A DNA stretch of 64,000 nt, from contig CAVRJY010000001.1 of the NCBI GenBank assembly GCA_963721805.1, positions 1,312,001 through 1,376,000 on the forward strand. Reading direction: 5' to 3'. How positions within the stretch are numbered: position 1 is the stretch's first letter; each line of letters starts with the position of its first letter. A program made the translations under genes and the position numbers. The notes under the pieces were generated by a model. That model was not told where the DNA came from. It worked only from the letters and a program-made list of their open reading frames with translations, and searched no databases. Source of the stretch: Nitrospirota bacterium. GTDB lineage: Bacteria; Nitrospirota; Thermodesulfovibrionia; Thermodesulfovibrionales; JdFR-86. Shown here in pieces: positions 49,737 to 58,957 of the stretch.

Positions 49737-50622
49737 GACCTTCCATCTGCCGCTCGACGTCTTCAAGCTTCTGCGGGACCTGATCTCCGAGTACTGCGGG
49801 ATATACTTTGACGATTCGTCGAGGCATCTGGTCGAGAAGCGCCTGAGCCGCCGCGTCTTGCTCAACAGGCTCGACGACTTCCGCGATTACTACAGGCTCC
49901 TGCTCTACGACAAGCGGCGCGAAGAGGAACTTGCCGCCATAGTGGACATCATCACCGTCAATGAGACCTATTTCTTCAGGGAGCAAAACCAGCTCAAGGC
50001 GTTCGTCGAGGAGGTCTGCGCCGAACTCAAGGCGACACGCAACGAGACGCGCAGGCTGCGCATATGGTCGGCCGGCTGCTCCTCGGGCGAGGAGCCCTAC
50101 ACGATCGCGATGCTGCTGCTGGAGAACCGCTGGCTCTTCGACGGATGGAACATCGAGATCGTCGCGAGCGACATAAACCGGCGCGTGCTGCATCAGGCCC
50201 GGCGCGGCGTATACAGAAAACCCTCCTTCCGGAGCACTGACGAGAAGATCGTCAAAAAGTATTTCACGGTGCAGGACGGCGAATACGTGCTCAATGACGA
50301 GGTAAAGAGGCTGGTGACGTTCAGCAACCTGAACCTTCTGGATGCGGTAAAGACGCGGTTCGTTGGCACGATGGACGTGATATTCTGCAGAAACGTGCTC
50401 ATATACTTCAACCCGGAGGCGAAAAAGAAAGTGATAGATATTTTCTTCAACAGGCTCAACGACGGGGGCTACATGCTGCTCGGTCATGCCGAGTCGCTCA
50501 TAAACCTTTCGACCGCGTTCGCGTTGAAACATCTGAAAAACGACATGGTGTACCAGAAACCTCGAAAGGCCCCCGTATCGATCTCTGATGAAAACCTCTA
50601 CAAGATGGTCTGGGGGAAGTAA
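49720..50622 (+). CDS. cheR: CheR methyltransferase
   Basis: NETYFFRE, WSAGCSSGEEPY, FCRNVLIYF. Confidence 0.96.
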   Translation: MIDRDETFHLPLDVFKLLRDLISEYCGIYFDDSSRHLVEKRLSRRVLLNRLDDFRDYYRLLLYDKRREEELAAIVDIITVNETYFFREQNQLKAFVEEVCAELKATRNETRRLRIWSAGCSSGEEPYTIAMLLLENRWLFDGWNIEIVASDINRRVLHQARRGVYRKPSFRSTDEKIVKKYFTVQDGEYVLNDEVKRLVTFSNLNLLDAVKTRFVGTMDVIFCRNVLIYFNPEAKKKVIDIFFNRLNDGGYMLLGHAESLINLSTAFALKHLKNDMVYQKPRKAPVSISDENLYKMVWGK

Positions 50623-50625
50623 GGC

Positions 50626-51681
50626 ATGAAGATCAAAGTCCTCGTAGTGGACGACTCCGCCTTCAGCCGCCAGACGATAAAGGAGATGCTCAGGGCCATA
50701 AGCGACGTCGAGGTCGTGGGCACCGCCACGGACGGCATCGACGCGATGACCAAGACGCTGAAGCTCAAACCCGACCTGATCACGCTCGATATCGAGATGC
50801 CGCGCATGGACGGTTTCAGCTTCCTAAGGTGGCTGATGCACGAGCGGCCGGTGCCTGTGCTGGTCGTGAGTTCCCAGTCGGACAAAAAAACCGTGTTCAA
50901 GGCGCTCGAGCTCGGGGCCGTCGACTTCATCTCGAAACCGTCCAAGCGGGCCTCGGTCGAACTGCGCGCCATCCAGAAGGACCTGATAGCCAAGGTGCAC
51001 GGCATCGCCGGCATGAATATGAAGGTCCTGAACAATACTCTCCGCCTGATCGCGTCCTCTGACGAGGAGGCGGTCGAGGTCAAGCCTATCAAGTCCCATA
51101 CCGAACTCGTCGCTATCGGCTCGTCCACGGGCGGCCCGACGGCCCTGCAGGTCATGCTCACGAGGATCCCCAAGGACTTCCCCTGCGGCATCGTCATAAG
51201 CCAGCACATGCCGCGCGGGTTCACGAAGTCCCTGGCCGACAGGCTCAACTCGATCTGCGGCCTGTACGTTAAGGAGGCGGAGGAGGACGACGAGGTCCGG
51301 CCCGGCGTGGCCCTGATATCTCCGGGCGGCAGCCATTTGACGTTCAAAAAAAACCACACCGGCGTCAAGGTAGCGCTCGTAAGCCCCACCGAAGACGACA
51401 AGTACACCCCATCGGTGGACCGCATGCTGCTTTCGGCCCTGGGCATTTATGGCGACAGGATGCTGGGGGTGGTCGTAACCGGGATGGGCAACGACGGCAA
51501 GGAGGGCATGACCGCGCTGCATGGAAAAGGCGGATATACGGTAGCCGAGAGCGAGGAAACCGCGGTGGTCTACGGCATGCCGGCCGAGGTCATAAACGCG
51601 GGGGCCGCATCGCGAGTGCTGCCTCTCGATAAGATCCCCGGAGAGGTCATCCGCGTGGTCATGGGCGAGCGCAGGTTATGA
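50626..51681 (+). CDS. cheB: CheB methylesterase
   Basis: Receiver + GSSTGG, QHMP, TGMGNDG, YGMP. Confidence 0.96.
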   Translation: MKIKVLVVDDSAFSRQTIKEMLRAISDVEVVGTATDGIDAMTKTLKLKPDLITLDIEMPRMDGFSFLRWLMHERPVPVLVVSSQSDKKTVFKALELGAVDFISKPSKRASVELRAIQKDLIAKVHGIAGMNMKVLNNTLRLIASSDEEAVEVKPIKSHTELVAIGSSTGGPTALQVMLTRIPKDFPCGIVISQHMPRGFTKSLADRLNSICGLYVKEAEEDDEVRPGVALISPGGSHLTFKKNHTGVKVALVSPTEDDKYTPSVDRMLLSALGIYGDRMLGVVVTGMGNDGKEGMTALHGKGGYTVAESEETAVVYGMPAEVINAGAASRVLPLDKIPGEVIRVVMGERRL

Positions 51682-52544
51682 GCCCGGGCAAATACCCGCG
51701 CCTGCCGGAGTGGATCACAGCCCGGCACGAGCACCGCGAGCTCAGCGCGACGAAGCGCCGGCTCCGCAGCCACGGCGTGGCCACGGTCTGCGAGGAGGCG
51801 CGCTGCCCCAACAAGGGCGAGTGCTTCAAGCGGCCGACCGCGACGTTCATGATCCTCGGCACCCGCTGCACGCGGGGCTGCGGGTTTTGCTCTGTGACGC
51901 CCGGCGATCCGATGCCCCTTGATCCGGACGAGCCGTTGAAGGTCGCGGAGGCTGCGGCCGAGATGGGGTTGAAGTACGTAGTAGTCACCTCGGTCACGAG
52001 GGACGACCTCCCGGACGGCGGCGCACAACACTTTGCGGCGACCATCCGCGCGATCCGAAACTTGCTGCCCGGGGCGAGGGTCGAGGTGCTGACCCCGGAT
52101 TTCCAGGGTGATACGGGCGCGGTCGATACCGTGTTAGATGCCAAGCCCGACGTATTCAACCATAATGTCGAGACCGTGCCAGCGCTTTATGGCAGGGTCA
52201 GGCCGCGCGCGGACTACCAGAGATCTCTGGATGTGCTCCGCCACGCAAAGCTCCGTGCACCCTCCAAGCTGACCAAGTCCGGGTTGATGCTCGGCCTTGG
52301 CGAGGCGATGGATGAAGTGCGCCGTGTGCTGTTGGACTTGAGGGGCGCGGGATGTGATATGCTAACAGTTGGCCAGTATCTCAGGCCGTCCAGGACGGGT
52401 CTGCCTGTCGTGGAATATGTGAAGCCTGAGGTCTTCGAGGCGCTCGGCCTGGAAGCTCGCGAGATGGGTTTTAGATATGTGGCCTCCTCGCCTCTGGTGA
52501 GGAGTTCGATGAACGCGGAAGAGTTGTTCATGACGGAGGACTGA
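51678..52544 (+). CDS. lipA: lipoyl synthase
   Basis: CEEARCPNKGEC, CTRGCGFC, VRSS. Confidence 0.95.
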   Translation: MSPGKYPRLPEWITARHEHRELSATKRRLRSHGVATVCEEARCPNKGECFKRPTATFMILGTRCTRGCGFCSVTPGDPMPLDPDEPLKVAEAAAEMGLKYVVVTSVTRDDLPDGGAQHFAATIRAIRNLLPGARVEVLTPDFQGDTGAVDTVLDAKPDVFNHNVETVPALYGRVRPRADYQRSLDVLRHAKLRAPSKLTKSGLMLGLGEAMDEVRRVLLDLRGAGCDMLTVGQYLRPSRTGLPVVEYVKPEVFEALGLEAREMGFRYVASSPLVRSSMNAEELFMTED

Positions 52545-52550
52545 AGATAG

Positions 52551-53738
52551 ATGTTTGATTTCGGACGGATAAAGAGGCTGCCGCCATATGTATTTGCCAT
52601 AGTAAATAACCTCAAGATGGAGGCCCGCCACAAGGGCGAGGATATCATCGACCTGGGCATGGGAAACCCTGATCTCCCGGCGCCCAAGCACATAGTCGAC
52701 AAACTCTGCGAGGCCGCCAACAACCCCAAAAACCACCGCTACTCGGCCTCGAAGGGGATCACGCAGCTCCGCATGGCGGTCGCCGAGCGGTACAAGCGCA
52801 TGTATGACGTGGACCTCGACCCTGAGCACGAGACAGTGGTCACGATAGGGTCGAAGGAAGGCCTCTCGCACCTCGCGCTCGCAGCGATACAGCCCGGCGA
52901 CGTGGTCATCACGCCCACGCCCGCCTACCCGATCCACCCCTATAGCGCGATCATAGCCGGCGGTGACGTCCAGTACGCGCCGATCGGGCCTGGCGTGGAT
53001 TTTTTTTACGAGATCGAGAAGGCATACAAGAAGTCCTGGCCCCGCGCCAAGGTGCTTATGATAAACTTCCCCCACAACCCCACTACCGAGGTCGTCGAGG
53101 GGCTGGATTTCTTCACGAAGGTCGTGGACTTCGCCCGCGAAAACAAGATCATGGTCCTGCACGACAACGCATACGCGGACCTCACCTTCGACGGCTACAA
53201 GGCGCCGAGCTTTCTGCAGGCCCCCGGGGCCAAGGAGGTCGGCGTGGAGTTCTACTCGCTCACGAAGAGCTACTCCATGGCCGGATGGAGAGTAGGATTT
53301 TGCGTCGGCAACCGCGAGATCGTCGGAGCGCTAATCAAGATCAAGAGCTACCTGGACTACGGGATGTTCCAGCCGATACAGATCGCCAGCATCGTCGCGC
53401 TGCGCGGCCCTCAGGAGTGCGTGGCCGAGCACGTGAAGATTTACCGTTCCCGCCGCAACGAGCTCATAAAGGGGCTTCACCGCGCCGGGTGGGAGGTGCC
53501 CTCGCCCAAGGCCACGATGTTCGTATGGGCCCCAATACCGGCCGAGTTTAGGCATATGGGCTCGCTCGACTTCTGCAAATACCTGATCAACGAGGCCGGA
53601 GTCGCGGTATCGCCGGGCATAGGGTTCGGGGAGGGCGGGGACGAATACGTCCGGTTTGCGCTCGTAGAGAACGAGCACCGCATCCGCCAGGCCGCTAAGG
53701 GCATCAAGAAGGCGCTGAGCAAAACACCTCCGAAATAG
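52551..53738 (+). CDS. class I/II PLP aminotransferase (AlaC-like)
   Basis: [31 protein letters not shown]. Confidence 0.88.
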   Translation: MFDFGRIKRLPPYVFAIVNNLKMEARHKGEDIIDLGMGNPDLPAPKHIVDKLCEAANNPKNHRYSASKGITQLRMAVAERYKRMYDVDLDPEHETVVTIGSKEGLSHLALAAIQPGDVVITPTPAYPIHPYSAIIAGGDVQYAPIGPGVDFFYEIEKAYKKSWPRAKVLMINFPHNPTTEVVEGLDFFTKVVDFARENKIMVLHDNAYADLTFDGYKAPSFLQAPGAKEVGVEFYSLTKSYSMAGWRVGFCVGNREIVGALIKIKSYLDYGMFQPIQIASIVALRGPQECVAEHVKIYRSRRNELIKGLHRAGWEVPSPKATMFVWAPIPAEFRHMGSLDFCKYLINEAGVAVSPGIGFGEGGDEYVRFALVENEHRIRQAAKGIKKALSKTPPK

Positions 53739-53855
53739 TAGGGTAAGGCATCTATAATAAGCTCCCAGCGAAAGCAGCTCGATTTCAGCTTGGAGCTTAT
53801 TGTATTTGTTTGGTATCAACCTCCAGGGCCCTTATCGGCATCCTGCGATTTCGGA

Positions 53856-55784
53856 TTAATAATCCTCACCCCGGCCGGGTTTAGCTTCCCAGTAGCCGCC
53901 ATTCCATTGCAGGTGATAGTGTGTGCCGTTGACTTCCCCGAGGTCCGGGTTATCATACCTCTGATTTGAACCATCGGACCCCCGATAGTTAACGATGGCC
54001 ACAAACGCGGGTGTCAGCTCGCGCACAGTGCCGCTTTCAAGCTGATCTTTGATCTCCGGGGGAAAGTACAAGAGGGACCCCTTCGCGCCTCCCTGTCCAA
54101 GGACATAGAATTCCCGTCCTCCTATGTTTGTCTTGCCGCCGGCATATACCGCCTGGCTGGCGAGTTCCTTCAGCAGAAAGAGCAGGCTTGTCTGAATAGA
54201 AGCAGATGCGTTATTTGTCGGCCGGATGGTAATTTTGGCGTCTCCGTCGCCATATGAGGTCACTGTAAGCGTCATCAAGTCCCGATTGGGATCCCGGTCA
54301 TCCAGCCAAAAGGTCTGAGTGCCCCTCCAATCTACGCTGAACTTTTGACCGAAAACATCGTTACTCGAGGTAAGGTCGAATACTTGAAAATAGGTGTGCA
54401 AGTATCCGTTTTCCTTGCGTGTAGCTATTTTTAGAGATATGGTGCGCTCGTTGCCACTGGAGTCAAAACTCATGTTTTGGACCACAGCCCCGTAACGGTA
54501 TAGGGCGTCAAAGTTATAACCCTCACCCTGTCCGCCACCATACTTGGCCTTTATCGCGGCCTCGCGCTTTTCTTTAAGTTCTTGTTGCGCCTCGATCTCA
54601 TATATCTTATTCTGGGCCTGATCTTTGTCGGCCTCGCTTGGGTTTGTTAAAAGATACAGGTTGATGGACTCCTTCGCATCGTCATACCATCCTGCTCCCG
54701 CAAGGGCAATACCCAAATTGTAATATGCGTTGCCCCACCAGGGAGCTTCGAACAGGGCCTCCTCGTATGCGTCTATGGTGTATTTATAGTCCGAAGAGTT
54801 TTTTGCGTCCTTTAGGAACGTGTTAGCCTTTACGAAGTTACGCTTCGCTCCCTCAGGTATTGCCGGTGCGGGCTTCATGGTGGATGCGTATTTGACGATA
54901 TCCCCCAGGAGAGCGGTATCAACAAACCAGCCGCTGCTCACTGTTTTCTTGCGGGTACCACCATAATCCAAATCCGGAATATCTTTGGTGACAGGGCCGC
55001 TGAAAAGGTTAGCCCTTCTTGATTTAAGGCTGGACAGCAATCCTTCGAATTTCCAATGTTCAATTTTTTCAGCCAGATTCGGGTCCGGTGGACTTACCGC
55101 TTTTTCAGCCAGATTCGGGTCCGGTGGACTTACCGCATATCCTGGCATGGTGGCGCCATTAGGCCCATCCTTTATTTGCGCGAACGAGGAAATCATCTGC
55201 TCGTAATATTGATTGTACCTCTCATAGCTGTCGTCCGGAACAAAATACGCAAATACATAAAACCCTGAAGGCGCAGGCACAACGGTCCAGACCTGTCTTC
55301 CGCCGTTGCGCGCAGCTTCGTCGATCCCAACCAGCCCTCCCAATCGAGCACGCCTGTTATCGGGATCAGTGCTTTGCTGGAGCCTATCGAGCCGTCCCGC
55401 AAACCGTTGTGCTTTCCTGTCCCCTATGCTTATTTCGTGTGCCTGCTCGGTTACGAGCCCGGTTCCGTACCAATTACTGAATTGATTGGCAAAATCCTCC
55501 GGGCCTGAATACAGCTCAAGCGTGCCGTCCACCTGCCTGTGGGTGGAATAGCGCGTATACCAACGGATTTGCAGGATAGCATCGGGTTCGAAACCCTTGA
55601 AGGATGTGTTGGTATAATGTGTTCCTTCGGCGTCTATGTTCGCATTCCACCCCTCGGGCACGGCTATCTTGAAGTCGCCCCACGTCGAAGTGTAAGGCGT
55701 AGTGCGCAGCTCGTCAGCCTGAGCCTGCAAGGCGGACATCATTAATAATAACAGCGCAGACGCTATAAGGCTTATCCTTTTCAT
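53856..55784 (-). CDS. exported TPR-containing hypothetical protein
   Basis: Signal peptide; APWWGNAYYNLG TPR; lower GC than flanks. Confidence 0.75.
   Translation of the reverse strand: MKRISLIASALLLLMMSALQAQADELRTTPYTSTWGDFKIAVPEGWNANIDAEGTHYTNTSFKGFEPDAILQIRWYTRYSTHRQVDGTLELYSGPEDFANQFSNWYGTGLVTEQAHEISIGDRKAQRFAGRLDRLQQSTDPDNRRARLGGLVGIDEAARNGGRQVWTVVPAPSGFYVFAYFVPDDSYERYNQYYEQMISSFAQIKDGPNGATMPGYAVSPPDPNLAEKAVSPPDPNLAEKIEHWKFEGLLSSLKSRRANLFSGPVTKDIPDLDYGGTRKKTVSSGWFVDTALLGDIVKYASTMKPAPAIPEGAKRNFVKANTFLKDAKNSSDYKYTIDAYEEALFEAPWWGNAYYNLGIALAGAGWYDDAKESINLYLLTNPSEADKDQAQNKIYEIEAQQELKEKREAAIKAKYGGGQGEGYNFDALYRYGAVVQNMSFDSSGNERTISLKIATRKENGYLHTYFQVFDLTSSNDVFGQKFSVDWRGTQTFWLDDRDPNRDLMTLTVTSYGDGDAKITIRPTNNASASIQTSLLFLLKELASQAVYAGGKTNIGGREFYVLGQGGAKGSLLYFPPEIKDQLESGTVRELTPAFVAIVNYRGSDGSNQRYDNPDLGEVNGTHYHLQWNGGYWEAKPGRGEDY
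55065..55136. repeat. exact 2 x 36 bp in-frame tandem duplication
   Basis: tttttcagccagattcgggtccggtggacttaccgc twice (AVSPPDPNLAEK x2). Confidence 0.95.
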
Positions 55785-57013
55785 TGCTCCTCGCCTTTCT
55801 TAAGCTCGGGATGATTATCAACAAACTTGCCGACCTCTACGGAGAACTTTTTAAGGGAACTCTGCCGCACCTTTACGGCGGCCTCATCCACTTTGTTCGA
55901 GTAATCGTCCACTATGGCCTGCATCTTCTGGCGGTATGCTGGATCTTCATGATCTTTCTTCTTGTATTCGTTAAAATCCCTCACGCCGTATCTCTTATTC
56001 AGCTCCTCAAACTGTTTAGTCGCTTGGGTTCGGAGCTTGTCAGTCGCCCTGTATATCTCGGTCTCTTCCTCTTTGACTATCCGATCGCGCGCCTTTGTGA
56101 GTCCGGGGTCATCGGCCAGCTTCTTTATGACCTCTTCCGCCCGGTGCTTCCGGGTCTGAGTCTCGATATTTTTCTTCGCGGCCTCCTCGAAGGCCTTCCA
56201 TTTATCCGGCTCGCGCAGGGGGTTTATAAGCGGCTTATCAGGGTTTTTGGGGAACAGGCTTCTGTGCGCATCGGCAGGGAAAAGAAACTCTTTCACGTCG
56301 TCCATCCCCGCTGGCTCTCCGGGGAATAGGAACTCTTTCACATCGTCCGTCGTGGCACGCCTCGCCGGTTCGCCCGGAAAAAGAAACTCGCTGACCGGGT
56401 CAACCGAGGCACGCTGAGAGCCTGACGAGGGGGGTAACGCATGTGGCGTCTGGGATTTCTGCGTCTCGCCCTTAACCACACCGGGGTCAACGATATAAGG
56501 TGCCTTCTTGTCGCGCAGGTCAACTACGTTAGAATCCGTGACAGGCATCTCTCTAAGTCCAGGATTACCAGTATCGCTAAGGCCTTTTAAGCCTGAACCA
56601 CCGGCATCAGTGCCCTTGAGACCGAGTTCACCCTCTGTGATGCCCTTCATGCTCCTTAGGACGTTCTCTTTGTTTCTATCGAATTGCGCCTGTCTCTCCC
56701 GTGCTTCTTCCGCTTCATGTTTAAGCTGTTCCTCGATTTCTTGCTGCCTCTGCCTGTCTGCCTCTATCTGGCGCTGGCGTTCGGCCTCCTGACGCTGACG
56801 TTCGGCCTCGTAGTCATAGGGCTCGCCGCTTTCGCCACTGCCGCCGGACGGCGCGGTCCATCCGCATGCTTGTTTGCAGGCCTCGTCACCACCTGAAGGC
56901 ACGAATACTCCGCAATAGCAGGTGCCACCGCCCGTCGGCCCAGCAAAGCAAAGATTTGGTAATGCAAGGAAAGCGAGTGAAATGATGGCTAAAAGCCTTA
57001 ATGTATTTTGCAT
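55781..57013 (-). CDS. exported hypothetical protein
   Basis: Likely start MQNTLRLL (signal peptide); CYC...CKQAC, coiled coil, 3x EFLFP repeats. Confidence 0.7.
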   Translation of the reverse strand: MQNTLRLLAIISLAFLALPNLCFAGPTGGGTCYCGVFVPSGGDEACKQACGWTAPSGGSGESGEPYDYEAERQRQEAERQRQIEADRQRQQEIEEQLKHEAEEARERQAQFDRNKENVLRSMKGITEGELGLKGTDAGGSGLKGLSDTGNPGLREMPVTDSNVVDLRDKKAPYIVDPGVVKGETQKSQTPHALPPSSGSQRASVDPVSEFLFPGEPARRATTDDVKEFLFPGEPAGMDDVKEFLFPADAHRSLFPKNPDKPLINPLREPDKWKAFEEAAKKNIETQTRKHRAEEVIKKLADDPGLTKARDRIVKEEETEIYRATDKLRTQATKQFEELNKRYGVRDFNEYKKKDHEDPAYRQKMQAIVDDYSNKVDEAAVKVRQSSLKKFSVEVGKFVDNHPELKKGEEQ

Positions 57014-57265
57014 GACCCCGCCTGATAAGGGTTGCCCGTGAGGGTTTAAACAGGTTCGTTTGATTGAAGTATAGATGTAAATCTGCTCATTTTTCAAGAG
57101 ATATATTCTAACTATAACTTCATCCCTCTCCGCTAAACCTCTATTATTCTGACCATACAATATTGTCTTGACTGGCCTTACTCAAAGTGATATTAGTTAG
57201 ATAGTCTCTCAAATTCAGACTTTAGCCTCAGGGGGTACTGTCTCTATACCGAAAGGAGGGTGTAG

Positions 57266-58894
57266 ATGCAAAGAAGAAATGTTTTAGCAGCACTGGTGTG
57301 TTTTGCGGTGGTGGCTGCTTTTGGCACGGCATACGGCGCCCCGGCGGGTCCCGACAAGGCCACGTGCTACAAGTGCCACGACCAGATCAAGGAATTCCAT
57401 ATGCGCGGCAAGCACAAGAATGTCGAATGCTCTACCTGCCATGAGGGGCTCAAGGAGCACCTCTCGAACTCTGCGATAATGCCGGTTACGCGTACAGGCC
57501 ACGAGGTGTGCGGCGGCTGTCACAAGGACCAGTACGAATCGCTCATATCTTTCAACGAGGACGCAAAGGCCAAGGTCGAGAAGGCCACGTTCAGGGGCCG
57601 CTCACCGATGTTCGACAAGCTTATCATGCCCTACGGGTTTTCGAAGGAACATAACAGCCCCCGCAGCCACGTCTTCATGCTCCTGGACCACCTGATAGTG
57701 GACCGCGCCTACGGCGGCCGCTTCCAGCTTAAGTCCTGGACCGAGATCATCAACGCCAAGGGTGCGGACAAGGACGTATGGGACCTCCTCATTGACAGGG
57801 AGCCCTCGACCTCTGAGCAGAAGGCCTTCATGCCGCAGGTCTACATGTCCGCAAACCCGGTCTGCCTCCAGTGCAAGAGCCAGGACCAGATCCTTAAATG
57901 GAAGTACATGGGCGACAAGGACCCCAAGGCCGTATTCGACAGGACTTCTAATGTGGTTGAAGAGGCGCGCAGCCTCAAGCACGCGATAAACTGTTTTATG
58001 TGCCACGACCCTCACTCGGCCGAACCGCGCGTGGTGCGCGACGCGCAGATACAGGCTGTCGTGGACCGCGGCGAGGGCACCTATCCCTATGACAAGGAAA
58101 AGAGCGCCAAGATCACGATGAAGAAGGTCGTGTTCCGAGACTTCAGGGCGATAGGGCTTCTGAGCCAACCGGACTCCACTCTGATGTGCGGCCAGTGCCA
58201 CGTCGAGTACGTCTGCAACCCGGGCTTCAGCCTCAAGACCGGCGAGCCGATTATGATGTCCGACCCGCGCACGAACTACTTCCCGTGGGTCAGCGTGCTT
58301 GACCTCAAGAAGAAGTACGAGGCCCTGGACTTCAAGGACTTCAGGCACACCGTTACGGGGGCCCTGCTGACGAAGCTCCAGCACCCCGAGACCGAGACCT
58401 TCTGGGGCAGCAAGCACGAGCGCGCCGGCCTCACCTGCGCCGACTGCCACATGCCCAAGCTAAAAGACAAGTCCGGCAAGACGTATACCTCGCATGCCCA
58501 GCGCAGTCCGCGGCTTATGCTCAAGGAGACCTGCCTGAAGTGCCACTCGTACTGGACGCCGAAGGAGGCCGAATACGAGATCGACGCGATCCAGGGCTAC
58601 ACCAGGGGCAAGATCACCAAGGCCGAGTTCTGGCTAAGCCAGCTCATAGACAAGTACGAGGAGGCCAGGATGGCCGGGGTCTCTGAGGATGTCCTTAAGC
58701 AGGCGCGCGCGTATCACGACACCGCGCACATAATGTGGGAGTGGTGGACCGCCGAGAACTCCGACGGGTTCCATAATCCCGAACTCGCAAGAGAGAGCCT
58801 GACGCGCTCTATCACCGCGTCTCAGGACGGTATCGCGCTGCTTACGAAGGCCATGGTGCCACCCGCCGCCGCGGCCCCAGCAGCGGCTCACTGA
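57266..58894 (+). CDS. nrfA: octaheme cytochrome c nitrite reductase (NrfA/ONR family)
   Basis: 7 CxxCH plus active-site CLQCK; KLQHPE, AENSDGFHNP. Confidence 0.92.
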   Translation: MQRRNVLAALVCFAVVAAFGTAYGAPAGPDKATCYKCHDQIKEFHMRGKHKNVECSTCHEGLKEHLSNSAIMPVTRTGHEVCGGCHKDQYESLISFNEDAKAKVEKATFRGRSPMFDKLIMPYGFSKEHNSPRSHVFMLLDHLIVDRAYGGRFQLKSWTEIINAKGADKDVWDLLIDREPSTSEQKAFMPQVYMSANPVCLQCKSQDQILKWKYMGDKDPKAVFDRTSNVVEEARSLKHAINCFMCHDPHSAEPRVVRDAQIQAVVDRGEGTYPYDKEKSAKITMKKVVFRDFRAIGLLSQPDSTLMCGQCHVEYVCNPGFSLKTGEPIMMSDPRTNYFPWVSVLDLKKKYEALDFKDFRHTVTGALLTKLQHPETETFWGSKHERAGLTCADCHMPKLKDKSGKTYTSHAQRSPRLMLKETCLKCHSYWTPKEAEYEIDAIQGYTRGKITKAEFWLSQLIDKYEEARMAGVSEDVLKQARAYHDTAHIMWEWWTAENSDGFHNPELARESLTRSITASQDGIALLTKAMVPPAAAAPAAAH

Positions 58895-58900
58895 TTAAAA

Positions 58901-58935
58901 AAAGAGGGGAGGGCCTTGACGGCCTTCCCCTCTTT
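58901..58935. terminator. bidirectional terminator
   Basis: aaagaggggagggcc-ttgac-ggccttcccctcttt. Confidence 0.85.
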
Positions 58936-58957
58936 GTATTTGTTTGTCGCTTGCCGA

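Noticed and set aside
53753..53804. Integron attC site
   Set aside because: No RYYYAAC/GTTRRRY ends and no intI
57168..57185. TTGA-N10-TCAA upstream of nrfA as an FNR site
   Set aside because: Spacing does not fit TTGAT-N4-ATCAA; too short to support
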